Assembly (NCBI GenBank): GCA_038496445.1
Contig: JALMLS010000447.1
Span: 1 to 64,000, forward strand
Reading direction: 5' to 3'
Origin: Trichosphaerium sp. ATCC 40318
Lineage: Eukaryota > Protista > Tubulinea
Length of the DNA stretch: 64,000 nt
Shown: positions 12,279 through 25,070 of the stretch, piece after piece
How positions within the stretch are numbered: the stretch's first letter is position 1
Layout: each line of letters starts with the position of its first letter
Translations under genes and position numbers: made by a program
The notes under the pieces: generated by a model
Seen by the model: the letters and a program-made list of their open reading frames with translations, nothing else
What the model was told of the DNA's origin: nothing
The model's database searches: none

Positions 12279-14796
12279 TTAAAGTAATGCAGCGATAAAA
12301 GCCAAACAGATTACTGCCAATGAAACGACTACACGGGAAGAGAAACTGCCAATAAATCCGCTGTTACCGTTAGGAGACGTAGTCCTAATAGCATCAGGAG
12401 CAACTGGTGCAGAAGGACCGCTTCCATCACCACCTGGGGTAGCTGTAGAGGCAATCTGAGCTGGAGAATACGTTTGTCCAACTCCTAGTGGAGGAAGAGT
12501 AACACCCTCGCTAGGTATAGCTGTAGAAGCAATCTGAGACGGAGAATATGTTTGTCCAACTCCTAGTGGAGGAAGAGTAGCACGCTCAGTAGGTGATACT
12601 GGGGCCTCAGTTGTAGGTATAGTAGGGGTTACAGTAGTTGGTACGGCAGTAGTTGGGGTTACTGGTGGCGTTGGTACTTCTGTTGTTGGAGGTCCAGTTG
12701 GATTAAAGATTGGGGATTGTGTTGCTGTAGGTGGGGCTGTAAATACTATTGGTGCTGTAGGTGCTACTGGAGTTGTAGGTTGAGCAACACGAGTAGGAGG
12801 AAGAGTATTTGGAGCACGAGTAGGTGCAGGTGTTGGCGGTACAGGAGGACTTGTAGTACGCCTAGTAGGAGGAAGCGTTGGTGGAGCATTTGGATCGACA
12901 AGTTCACCAATTTCTCTAGGGACGACGAGTTTCATGTCGAATTGGTTGTTAACGGATGTATCAATGTCACTAATGTGAACAAGTACGAAACTACCACCCC
13001 ATGCACGCTCAGCATTAAGACCTTCGCTTGTGTGTACAAAGCCCTTTGGCCATTCCCAGCATTGTGTCCATTTTTTGTATTTGAGGCCAGTTGTGGAGGA
13101 ATAGCGGCCTGAAGAAAATTGGTCACTTTCTACAAGTCGTTCTGTGTTCATCCAGGCGCTAACTTTTAACAAAGTTGTTAGCCAAACAATCAATCTAGTG
13201 TGGGTACTGATTGCGTACTTGTTTTACCACCTAATACACAAAATACAGGAGGAAAGTCATCAGTTGGTCTAAAGGAACCCAACTCGCTTGTATCCATTTG
13301 AAAGTCGATACGGAAAAATTTATCATTGTCTGTTTGTAAGAATTAGTAAAAACCCCACAATAACAAGAAGTTGTTTTAAACCGATATGTACCATTGTGGG
13401 TAGCTGGGAATTGGTAATCAGACCATCCAGCATAGTTCATAGAGTCAGCTTGCGCTAAGTAACCAGAAGGTGGTTCACCGCCTGTTAGGGATCCGTCTAT
13501 CGTTTTAATAACACTATTTGCAGATATAGCAGTTAGTGTAGATGGTCTAGCACCAGTACTGTAGCAATAACGTCCGGTTTGTGGATCAACAGAACCCTCA
13601 TTGCTCGCAATAAGTTGACACAATGACTCAATTGAGTTCTTAATGGAATTCACGAACGTTTCCTTGTCAGCTGCAATATCTGCAAGGAAAGCGCTTCCAG
13701 ATGGAGCTCTGTTTACCATTCCCGTCATTTGATCTACTAAGCAAGCTGTTGTAAAGCCATTTTGTACGTCTAAACAAAAGGATGTTAACATAAAACAATC
13801 ATTCGCTAGAAAACGTACCAGGAACGTCACCGCTAATTGGAAATAGTGTAACCCCCATCTCTGAAGCAATATTACCAGCTTGTCTTCCTACCAGATACTC
13901 TCTACTGGTATCTTGCGCAGAACCAGTGACTATGCAAGGAGGTTAAGGAGGTTTACTTAATTGAAGAGAACTGATTTCAAATATTCAAAAAAAAAAACGC
14001 ACGGCAGCAACCCTCTGAGCCACCTGCAAAAGGGCAAGGCCAAACACCTTCAGTAGTATCGGAGCCTCCGCTACCATGGCAGCCGGATTCATCACCGAAA
14101 GGAATGACTACACGCATAGAACAACGCGTCCATTCATAGTATACAGCGGCATTACTACTTGCTGCAGCCCAATTCTCATCGTTACCACGATTTTCATCGT
14201 TAGGCCATTGGCATATGTCGTAGGCTTCCCCTCTCTCTTGGTTCGGTAGATCAGGCTGAAAGTAGACGGTTTCTTCAGTCAAGTACTGGCCGTCTGGGTT
14301 AGTTGCAACACACTCAAAACGATCCACAAGGTCACTGGTTTTCCAATCATCCGGTTTACCCATGGCCCAATTTTGAATTGACGAAATACCAATACCTTCT
14401 TCTGTTAGTGCTTGTGTTAAAGTAGCGATACTTTCGCAAGCGTTTCCGCCCTCTTCGTCCATTGATTGAGACAAATCTAGCAGAATTAAACAAAAAGCGA
14501 TGAAAGAAAACTGCAGCAAAAAAAAAAAGGCAATTGCACAGGGTTGTTACTAAAGAGTGCGTACCATATAAAAACACGAGATCTACTTCAGGGCAACGGC
14601 TCAAATCAATAGATTGTGATAGAACCACTACGGCGAATAGAGCCAGTAAAATGGCTTTAGTGAGTGACTAAGCGTCTAGTTAGCATACATACGAGAAAAA
14701 AAACCAACAAGTAGTGGGTGATGTTTTGCGTATCAAATTCCTGTTAATCGAAAACTAGGTATTCCGGATAAAATTGGGGCGTTGTGGGGATACCAT
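12279..14796 (-). CDS. Secreted/GPI-anchored protein: VWA (MIDAS) domain, Pro/Thr mucin-like stalk, hydrophobic C-terminus
   Basis: Spliced CPEVDLVFLY/DLSQSMDEE gives a DxSxS MIDAS motif, followed by ENWAAA...W..CSMRVVIPFGDESGCHG. PT-rich tail ends NGNSG...VVVSLAVICLAFIAALL*. The start (ATG-only exon) is approximate and needs a homopolymer correction. Confidence 0.72.
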
Positions 14797-16198
14797 AGGG
14801 TATCTAACCGAACTGTGGTTGTGTTTTGTGTACCAGGAAAGCGAGGGAAAAGATTTAAAGCTTAAAGCAACAAAAAAAAAAAAAAACAATACCGCAACTG
14901 CGGTATTTTCTCTGATATGTATACACCCGTACCATTTGTGAAATAGGAAATCCAAGACGTGTGTTGTTTTGGATTTTTGGTGTGAGGATTTGACCAAAAA
15001 AAGAAAAAAAAAGCGAGTTTTCTACTGCGTACGAAAAACGTATTGTATGGTTGCAACTCCCTTTATGATTGTTCTATTGGTATAGGGAGTTTATATCGCT
15101 AGTTTACTTCTTTTTCAAGTTTAGACAGCACTTGTTGGACATGAAAGGTAGCAATGATCGTTGCACTACAAGTTACGGTGACTGTGCGACTTTTTTTCTT
15201 TGTTTGAGTCAGAATTTCCGCAACTAGCGCTATTTCGTTTATTCGTTTGAGGTGTTTAGATTACTTAGAAGTATACGTATTGTAGGGTAGTGTAAAATGA
15301 AGTGTTTGCAAGTTGCAAACTAAACATTTTTATCAACAAAAGTGACCTTTAGTTTTCTAATTGGGTTCACAACACAGTGTTCATGTGATATACATTAAGC
15401 GTTTGTTTGATGGTGATACAAAGAGATAATCTGAAAACAAAAAACGAAACTACGCGGTTCGTTCTACAACGTATACGTTACGTAACACCACTACGAGTCG
15501 TGTGTTGGATACTATGAAGTATTGTTTTGGGTATACTTTGAGTTAAATTTAACTTGTTGTTTTCTTTTTTGGAAGTCTTAGATTGTTACTACGTCGCATA
15601 TTATTGCAATAATAGAAGCGCAGAATGCCTAAAACTCCAATTCAATTGTGTAGTTTTCTCTTCAGTTTTTCTGCAATTCAGTAGAACACCAACTGCACAG
15701 GCTTATAAACGCTCACTTAATAGATCTTCCACTTTGTTCGCTGCTCGCATACTTGCACCACAGGCACCTCCCAATGAAATTGGAGATTGTATCTTGAGGC
15801 AAGCGTCACCACGTGTTGTACCTCGAAACGTTCACGTGAAATATCTTATAGTAAAGTGAATAGCAGTTTATCAAGTCCTGTCCCGTCTGAATACTCCAGA
15901 GACAAAAAATCATACAATTTTTCCTGTCAATCTGGGGAGCGCGTACGGCGATGATATTTCTAGATTACTTGACAAATAATAGGTGTACACATAATTAATT
16001 TAAACTGGTGTGGGATTAACAAGTTACAGTGTTTTTTTTAAGTGTCAACAAAGCCCACAAGCCGTCTTGGGTTTTTTGTCTTTTTTTTTCTTTTTTTTTT
16101 CTTTTTTGGAAAATCCTCTAACTCAAATTACAACCGCCATCATAGAGACGATCATACGATATACAGTAGTCCGCTTATAATTTCAAAGTATTAGCCCT

Positions 16199-17582
16199 CT
16201 ACAATAATGTACACCTTCCTCTCTTCTTCTTGTTGCTAGAAAAGAGTACAGCTTTTACAGCCTCATCGAATACCTACCATCTTGTTAAGCAAACTGATAA
16301 ACAAAATAAAAAAAAGGAACAATTTAGGAATTTTTTTTTGCTCTCTCTTTCTTTCTTTAGGTGGTACCTCTTTTAGACCTTCTTGGGTTTTAGCACTGCA
16401 TTCCATGTAGGAAACAGCGCTTACTTTTTTAGCGAGGTCGTTACCTTGTTCAACAGTGATTGGGCTCTGTCCAACAGCCTTCAATTTTTCTTGAATGGCG
16501 CTGTCTGAACGCAAATCGACTTTTGTGCCGACCAAGATAATGGCCTCTCCAGGACTGTAGTGTACTAGCTCTGGGTACCACTAATGGTAATTGTCAGTTC
16601 AAATACGCTTGGTGGTATAATCGAAAAAATCGGCCAAGCACGTGCTTATTTTCAGGCCTACTGGTGGCGTTTTTCCTTTAAAGAAAAACGTTGTTTTCTT
16701 AAAAATTTTATCACGTGTGGGTACCTTGGCTTGCACGTTTTCATATGAAGTAGGGTTTACAATAGAGAAACATATCAAAAATACGTTTGCGTTTGCGTAA
16801 GACAATGGTCTCAATTTATCATATTCTTCCTGCCCTATTAAAAAGAAATGAGTTTCCCATTTTTCTACTGCAATCCACGAAGAAAAAAAAAACAAAGAAA
16901 GTTTCGTTTCGGTCTGTACATTTACAAATATTTGTTTAAAATCGTTCACACTGTTCGCAGTGATGGTGTAAAAGTCTTGAAAAGAAGATAACAATTTTTA
17001 ATTGAGTTTTTGGGTGTTGTGCCCACAAAAATTCTAAACAATGGACGATTTTGCTACTGGTTTCAAAATCACGTGCCTGCGGTATCCCACAATCCTAATT
17101 CGATAGATTGATCACCTGCAGTCACAGTTACCACGTAATTATCGCTATAAAGAGAAATAAGATAGTGGGGATACGAACGAGGCCAAAACAGAAAAGAAAA
17201 TTGAACATCTCGATGTTTTATCCGTAACACCAAAAAAAATTTGGATTGTTGGTTTTTTTTGATATTTGTTAATTTTGAAAAAAACGTGGTTCTATGAGGT
17301 CGTACAATACAGTAGGTACGTAATCATCAGGGAAACTGTTATTAGCATAACTGATCAAGAGGCACGTTTTACCTATACACGAAGGTAAGTAACTACAAGA
17401 GAAGCATAGACGCGGGTGTAGTAAAAGTATACAAAAAAAAAATTAACTAGACGATTTTGTTGTCTTCTATTTACGATTGCGGAGCCGCCCCACGTGCGCC
17501 AACCGTCATAGAATATATCTCCGAGTGTTTACTTACCAACAGCGCCATCTCCTACTACAACGAGTTTTATTTGTGTTGCCAT
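16199..17582 (-). CDS. racC: Rho-family GTPase, RacC-like
   Basis: [84 protein letters not shown]...CaaX CTLL. Resembles Dictyostelium RacC from memory. Confidence 0.92.
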
Positions 17583-18517
17583 TGAGGTTGTGTTTGAGAC
17601 TATGTTTGAAGCTTGGAAACAAAAAAGTAAATGGTTCGCCTAAACGCAAGCAACGAATGTGATTCCACAAAAAAGACATACAAACAGTTTACTATACTTT
17701 CTTTCAAATAAGAGAACATTATAGGTTCCAAAATAGACGCGTCATTGCGCTGTGAAGCAGTAACAGTGCACAAGGGATGAAAATGGGTTCTATCAAAGCA
17801 AAAACGTCTACAGGTTAATAGACAACTACCACTGTCCAAATATCGCCTTATGATTGATAACTACCACTAATTTTTACTCTGTGTTGGTGTTATATGGGTT
17901 TTGAGGAGCATGGGAGCAAGTTGTTTGCAGCTGCTGATACTTGCTTCAAATCCGAATGGTTTTCTAATGCACTCATATTCTGCATTCTTTTGGCGCATGT
18001 GAAGCGCTAGTAGAACATAATTCATCACGTGATATTAGCTTTCTTTCTTTACTCGAGCAAACAAGTAAAGCACAACAATAAAACAGTTACGCGTGACTAA
18101 ATGCAAAAACCGTATCAACTCGTATCAGATACGAGTTGTGCGAAAATCAAGTCCGGTTTTTTCGGTATTTGATTGCACGTCTTTCTACGTTCGCTATTTA
18201 TGTAGACTACAATGTCAGCTAGTTATTGGTAGCAAAGAGAATCAACTTAGGAGACTTGGAGTACGAAATAGGCGTTTGTTCACAAACGTTGTACTAAATC
18301 CGCTACAGCGTTTTTTAAATGACACAAGAGTTTTGGGTACCATTTGCAAGATATCCTGATGACTTCCTTATTGATATCAACTAATGTGGTCAACTATTGC
18401 CTGTTTAAGATTCGTAACTAAAACTAGCACCACCTAAACAGCTATAGCTGCATACAATCTCGATTACTATATCAATTCCCACGTAGTTGCACACGTAGTT
18501 GTTTTTACCCACTACTC

Positions 18518-19454
18518 ATGTCGTATACTTCGATTCTAGCGCTAGTAGTGCTCGCAATGATATCTATGCATGCCGTAGAAATAAACGCGATGGTTGGTAG
18601 CATGGAACGCTATTTTGACGTAACCAAGGAAAAATCAACGCTACGCCTCAAAGAGTTTCGCGTGGCTAGGACAAACCGGCTAGCAAGCTTTGACGCAAAC
18701 AACATGCTTTATATTCGTGGTGATTGGGATGTCGTTGATACAAGAAGGAGAAGAGCTATAAGCTATCCTAAGCTTGTAAAAGGTGGAATGCTGAAACTTG
18801 GCGTCTACTGGAACACAGCGCGCAAAGCAGGTACTGTACACACTTAAAGACACCTGAAAAGAGGCTGTTTTAGGAATTCTCAACAAAAACCACGCGTTTT
18901 TTTTCTCGTGTCATGAAGCACGCTTCATTCGCTTATTGCTCTCTTAAGCACCTCACATGATTATTTCAACACCAATAAAGAGTGATCCGAAGAGACCTAG
19001 ACATAGCATAGCATCTGGGACTGTTCATCAGTCTGTTAATAGATGGATGAGGAATACGTTGAATGGGAAGTATAGAGGAAAACCAAAAGCCAATACACGT
19101 GGTCTAGCTGGTCCTTTTATTGCCGTAGAGACACTTGTCATGGTGGCTGAAGAACATAAAGCAGTTGTTAATGGTTATAGAACAACTAAGGCTGAATTGA
19201 AGAGTATGTCACATCCTAGCAAGGAAATGCAAAGAAAATGTGGTGGAGTCAATAATAAGGTCCTTTATTTCTATTTTTATGAAGGAGGTCAACCTGTTTA
19301 CACTTGTGCTCTGTTATGGTGGCCAAGGAGAGGTTCTAAACAAGCGCCTATACTCCAAATACGTATGCAGAAAAAGAGCGCAACACATGCAGGTTCTTCA
19401 GTGAGTAGGGTGTACTACACTGACTGGATTTACTTTGTAAGAAGGACTGGTTAA
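18518..19454 (+). CDS. Secreted, highly basic protein of unknown function (2 exons)
   Basis: Signal peptide MSYTSILALVVLAMISMHA. Intron ~18831-18948 (GTACTG...TAAG) joins ORFs 18518 and 18957 in frame. Confidence 0.7.
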
Positions 19455-19756
19455 AGTAATTTTCAAAGCTGCTTCCTTTGGTAATATCCATAGATGTAGC
19501 TGTATGTAAGTAATTCTCTATACATATCAGCCGATTTTTACCCAAACAAAGAGTAAAAAAAACGACATAAATAAACTTAATTTAAAATATCACGTGATGA
19601 CCTTTAAGTTTTTTGGTAGCAACCTTATATTTTACGTATGTTTTTCTTTTATTGAGGGCTTCGTAAGAATACATGCGAACTCACTGAGGGTGATGATACA
19701 TTTCTAGTACAGAAAAAAAAAAGTTGTACAAAGTTGTCACTTTTTTTTTTGATTCT

Positions 19757-21460
19757 CTAAACGCAACAAGGGAAGTTGCCAACTCTTATCATTCTACCAC
19801 GTACTAGTGTAACACAAGCTAAAAATCTTCCAGGTGGTCTCATGCAGAAGCAGTCTCCTCCAGGGATACAGTCACATGGCGTAAGGGTACACCTAAGTAA
19901 AGCATTAGTGAAGGCGCATAAACAATCTGGTAATCTTTGAGGACTTACTGGCAAGCACCGCTCACTATATTCAAGCATGCAAAATCGATTACTAACGCAT
20001 CTACTCCAACTGTAGGAGCGTCTGTAGGAGGAGGCACAGTAACCATTGTGCTTGGTCCTTCAGTAGGTGGAATATTAGTCGGTGGAGCAGTAGGAAATGC
20101 TGTTGGTGGAGGAGCATTTGTTGTAGGTGGTGGTGTTATAATTGTTACTGGTGCCTCTGTTGGCTCTTCTGTTGGTGGAGCCACAGTAGTAGGTGCGTCA
20201 GTAGGTGGTGGAGCACCTGTTGTGGGTGGTGATGTGGGTTGGGCTGTTGGGATATCTGTTGGAGGTGCTGTGGTAGGAGGAGCTGTTGGGCTATCTGTTG
20301 GAGGTACTGTGGTAGGAGGTGCTGTTGGTGAATCTACAGGAGGAGCGTTCGTTGTGGGCTCATCAGTAGGTGGTGGAGCCACAGTAGTAGGTGCGTCAGT
20401 AGGTGGTGGAGCACCTGTTGTGGGAGGTGATGTGGGTTGTACTGTTGGAGGCACTGTAGTAGGAGGAGCTGTTGGGCTGTCCGTTGGAGGCACTGTAGTA
20501 GGAGGAGCGGTTGGGCTGGCAGTTGGAGGTACTGTGGTAGGAGGAGCTGTTGGGCTGTCCGTTGGAGGCACTGTAGTAGGAGGAGCGGTTGGGCTGTTTG
20601 TTGGAGGTACTGTGGTTGGTGGAGCTGTTGGGCTGTCTGTTGGAGGCACTGTAGTAGGAGGTGCGGTTGGGCTGGCAGTTGGAGGTATTGTAGTAGGAGG
20701 TGCTGTTGGGCTGGCGGTTGGTTGTTGAGCCACAATCTCAGGGACAGTCACAGTGACTACCTTCCATACACAATTGCCAGGACCAGAAACGATCATCCAT
20801 GCCTGTTAGTAATAAGGATTAGACAGAATTCAGTAAGTATAACTACTTACTTCAGCTGTTAAGTCTCCAGATGATGAAGCAGGAGCTGTCCATTGAATAG
20901 TCCTATCATCAGATACGCCAACTGGGTTGGCATGACGAATAGATTGGGTGCATCCTCCAATTAGATTTGCGCCACTGGCATCAAACTTGCTGTCTGTAGT
21001 TGAAAAGGTACCTCTTTCTTCCCTTGTATCCTCAAGAAAGAAAGACATTAAGAAGCCCTTATTACAACATTAATCTGCGGCGGAGATTTGCCTGAGAAAA
21101 AAAAAAATCAAAACTTTTTGGGTTCTTTTCCCCAAATAAAGATTTTGTATCTCTTTATCACGTACGCGATATGCCATTGTTGATGATTCTATAGTTATGG
21201 TATAAGTTTGTCCCGGTTCGTAGCCATTTGTAAATAGGTCATCCGAAACTACATCAAGCGGTAGTGAGGCATCTGGCCTGAAGTATCAAAGTGATTAACA
21301 GCGAAATCAAAAAAAAAATTGTTACTAACTGGCTTGAACACATAAAGGAGCAAATACTGCCTCGCGCAGGGCATGCTGAAATAAACCCAGTAGAAAATGC
21401 GGTAGCTGTGAATAAACAACAAGCGAATACCAAACCGAAGGAGAGCTGTGTACTTGTCAT
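19757..21460 (-). CDS. Secreted Reeler-domain protein with Pro/Thr tandem-repeat stalk and Cys-rich C-terminus
   Basis: Signal peptide, AFSTG..C, YEPGQTYTITI...YRGFLM...GTF...C..SIRH...TIQWTAPASSSGDL (Reeler-like), then PTxSPTAPPTTV repeats. Last exon CTLTPCDCIPGGDCFC...FPCCV*. Confidence 0.8.
20010..20725 (-). repeat. Coding tandem repeat, mostly 36-bp unit (PTxSPTAPPTTV)
   Basis: Periodic gttggaggcactgtagtaggaggagc units. Confidence 0.9.
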
Positions 21461-21899
21461 TATTACGGTCAACAGTGCAAATCACTTAAACGAATCTTAC
21501 AAAAAAAAAACACAAAGATCACGTGATTGAACGAAACCACTTGTGTATCTTTCAGCTGAACTACCCTACACTATTCATGAGACTACCAATACCAAAGAGT
21601 GGGTTATGATCTAAAAGGGGTCACGTCAATAATAAAGACCTGTATTGGACCAAGTTGGGCAAACTTTCGAGCCAATGATTCAAGCATGCACAAAGTGCTT
21701 TTAGTGGGCGTCTTGAGTTTAGATGATAGCACTTTTAGCCACATTTGGATGTGAAAAAATGATCAGGCAGACATTGTTTATTGCCCTTTGTACCAGAATC
21801 CATAAACGATTGTACAATCGTACCAAAAGGACAAGGAAAATAGTTGACATTGGCTCCTCAAAACCCCTTTGAATTTATTTAATTAACAGCCGTTCAAAA

Positions 21900-24035
21900 A
21901 TGAAAGCGCTTTATACGCTCGCGTTAGTATTTGTCTTTACGTGCGTAGTACAGGGGCAGAATTGGGTTTGTTCTGTGTCTGGTAACTCCAATATTACCCA
22001 GGACTGTACTGTACCACTCTCCGCAGCTCCAACGTGCGTCCAATTGAAAATCTATCTCAAATACACGCGAATGTTGTATTGAAGTTTCGTATTTAGTATT
22101 TGCGAGACGCTAGATGAATGCGTCAAGCTGTACAATATATCAGTACAAGACAGGGAAAGCCAAGAAATTACTACGACTATAACCGTTCAAAGCGGTGATC
22201 ACAACGCTACTATAAGTCTGGACATCCAACACGCCAAGCACCTCAATATTATTGGTAATGGAACTGTTACAATATCCGGCATAGTACGTTCTACGACACC
22301 AACTGACCAACACAAAGCATTCCTAAACGTAATTTGACACTTACGCGCAAATTGCTCACAAAAGTCTTGAATGATTTTCAAAAACTCTACAAATGCCACT
22401 GCAAGCCTGCTCAACACTCTATATAGGATACGACACGTCCAATAACTATTTTGAACGCCAAAGCTAGTATTCACTTCGAAAACTTTACACTGAGCGGTGA
22501 GAGCTCTTCAGAGGGTGGCTGCTTGAGCGTAAAGAATTCTTCATTTGATATCACGTTTAAAAAGGTCAATTTTAACACGTGTAAATCGCAAGGCAATGGT
22601 GGTGCTGTTTCCCAGGTAAGGCGCAAGCTAAAAAATTTCTTTGTAAAAAAAAACAAACGAGTAACCAGTTTATCATTAACCTCTACTCGAAGCTTGCTAA
22701 CGCAAAGGGATCCAAATTAGTGTTTTCAGAGTGTTCATTTGTTGGGTGTACAGCAGCGGTACAGGAGGACGGATTAGGAGGTCACTATTTTATTTTTACC
22801 CCCTTCGACTCTACAATTAACACCAAACCAGGAGCTATATCAGGCCAAAACATAACAGTGACTGGTGGAACATTCTCTGGAAACTCTGCTGCCAAAGTAC
22901 GTCAACCACCGTCTACGCGTGATACAAACACGTAAACGTGTCAATAACAAATATTTGAAAAACACCTTACCACAATCCGTAGGGAGGTGCTTTATATGTA
23001 GTGAACCAATGGCATATTGAATCGAGTACTTTCGATAAAAATACAGCAGAAAAAGATGGTGGTGCCTTATGGGTCAATACAGCAGCCTACACCACATCTG
23101 TAACTGATTGCACGTTTACAAACAACAAGTATGACTTTCTTTGAAAGAATTCTAGTCACCCCTTTTCATTTGCGTAGAGACGCAATCCTTACGTGTTTTG
23201 CTTTACTAACTACGCGCATAGAGCCACCAACAATGGTGGTGCAATTTATGTACAAAAGACTGGTACATTCAGAGTCTTCTCTTCATGCTTAATAGAAGGC
23301 AATACCGCTGTCGCTAACGGAGGCGGAGTATACATAACAGCTGGCTCAAACCCAGGATGGGAGTATTTTTTCGACACCAAAATACAACATAACAGCGCAG
23401 TAAACGGTGGAGGCGTCGTACGGGATTTTTTTTTTTTTTCAAAGCAGTGTGCTTTCATGTCGCGTTTTTTAACTTTTTTTTTTTGTTTCAAAGTACATCG
23501 ATTCAAAAAAGATGGCAGATATTGAACTAGTTGAGTGTACTGTTTTTAATAATTCAGCTTCAACAGCTGGAGGTGGTCTATATATTATAAATTCACCATC
23601 ATTGTACTTTTCAAACCAAGCAAAGTTGATAGATAACGCTGTTAATGGCAAATACTCACTAGAGGCACGTAGTTGTCATTCAAGTTTTTCGTCTTTTTTT
23701 CCTCTTTTTTTTTTTTTTTTTTTTTTGGATTGGTTGTTTTAACGCCTACTCCTTAGGCCAACGTTCATTGTGGTGCTGGATCTGATGATTCTTGCAGACC
23801 TAACTGTGGCGTACCACAAAGCTCATCGAAATTCAGCTGCTCGGACTGTATTCCAGTACGAGACGCCAAAAATAAACGTACTGGTGCTCTTTCTGCTTGC
23901 TCTATATCCTCGCATTCAGGTAGTGTCTCATGCTACTACCCTTATTGGAACTTTGAGTGCAAGTCTGGAAAGTCGTGCAACTTGAAACAGATTAAACATA
24001 AAGGCAAACCAGCGTGGCAAAGGTACGCCTTCTAA
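21900..24035 (+). CDS. Secreted right-handed beta-helix protein with chlamydial Pmp-like GGA(I/L/V)/FxxN repeats and Cys-rich C-terminus
   Basis: Signal MKALYTLALVFVFTCVVQG. Repeats GNGGAV, FSGNSAAK-GGALY, FDKNTAEKDGGALW, NNGGAIY, FNNSASTAGGGLY. About 8 introns. Confidence 0.82.
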
Positions 24036-24431
24036 CCAATAAAACAATTTCCGAAAAAAAAACTTACTGAGTACTCCTGTAGGAAGTGTAAATAAAGTAC
24101 AGAGATATAAATCCATCTATTAAAAAGTGTAATTGTGCTTTGTGTAAATAAACACGCTTGGATTATTAAAATCAGTTCTCGACTAATTGTTACTTCTTGT
24201 TAACCCTCACTGTGTTTTATAAATACAACACTGCTTATAGGCTGAATAAACTTGAGTGGTCATGGGCAATTGCGCATGGATTATTACAGGTTCCTGCACG
24301 TTATCTATGCCACGTGCAATATAAAGAGAAAAATGACTGGAATATTTTGTGTCTATGTACATTTGTATTTAAAAAATTTTGCTACAAAATATCGAACTTA
24401 GGGATGTATGTATCTAATTCCCATCGGTTAT

Positions 24432-25070
24432 TTATATCCGCGCTTTTGTTTGTGTTGTTGTAATAAATACGATTTGCGCCTATGAATGTACCTACACACA
24501 AAAAACCGTGTTAGTGGTAAAATCATTTTCGAAATTCATTGTGTCCAACGCGATATCACGAGAAAACCACGTGAACAAATGCTTTGTTATCTCTCGCGTT
24601 GTTTTCACAGATCACGAAATGAAATGGATTACGTACCATAACACAGGTACAAAAACAATGACTACAGCGCCCTAAACGGATTTAGAGTGAAAATCGCAAA
24701 TTGACGTCTACCTGAAAAAAGAAGAACAACGTAGTTGGATTAGAAGGATCCGCAATGGGTTTTTCACACGGTTTCTCTTGTTTAGAGATAACTTTACCGC
24801 CGTTATCGTTAATACATACTTCTTCCAATCTCCAACCACTGCCATTGCACCAAGTTTCCTTCTAAAGCTACTTTAAGCATTCTTTTGTACTTTAATAAAC
24901 AAAATTACCATTTCCTCCTCCGTACAGCGTACGCAAGAACTAACACACGCGGAATCAGCATTAACGCGCCCGAATAAAGATAATAACAATATAATTCCAA
25001 AACAGCTAAACCATTCCGTTAACAGTTTACGAAAAAAACCTCCCACGTACCACGTCCTTGCTGTGAGCAT
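24432..25070 (-). CDS. Small type-I membrane protein, JTB (jumping translocation breakpoint)-like
   Basis: Signal peptide, then CVSSCVRCTEEEM/KETWCNGSGWRLEEVC...KPC, TM (FFFFQ/GAVVIVFVPVLW) and basic tail YIHRRKSYL...*. Cys spacing resembles JTB. Mostly missed by the ORF track. Confidence 0.62.

Larger units (their letters stand above)
1..16733. repeat. Giant inverted repeat: arms ~1-7560 and ~9170-16733, degenerate centre
   Basis: Bases 1-14 (caagccaaggtacc) are the reverse complement of 16720-16733. The ORF track is mirrored (e.g. 2212..2754+ = 13977..14519-, 4895..5119- = 11611..11835+). The arms differ mainly by 1-nt indels. Confidence 0.97.

Noticed and set aside
15554-15859. 101-aa ORF (and its mirror at 872..1177)
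   Set aside because: Non-ATG start, no recognisable motifs or splice context. Likely intergenic.
19937-20862. Long + strand Gly/Val-rich ORFs (263 aa etc.)
   Set aside because: Antisense shadows of the Pro/Thr repeat exon of the Reeler gene.
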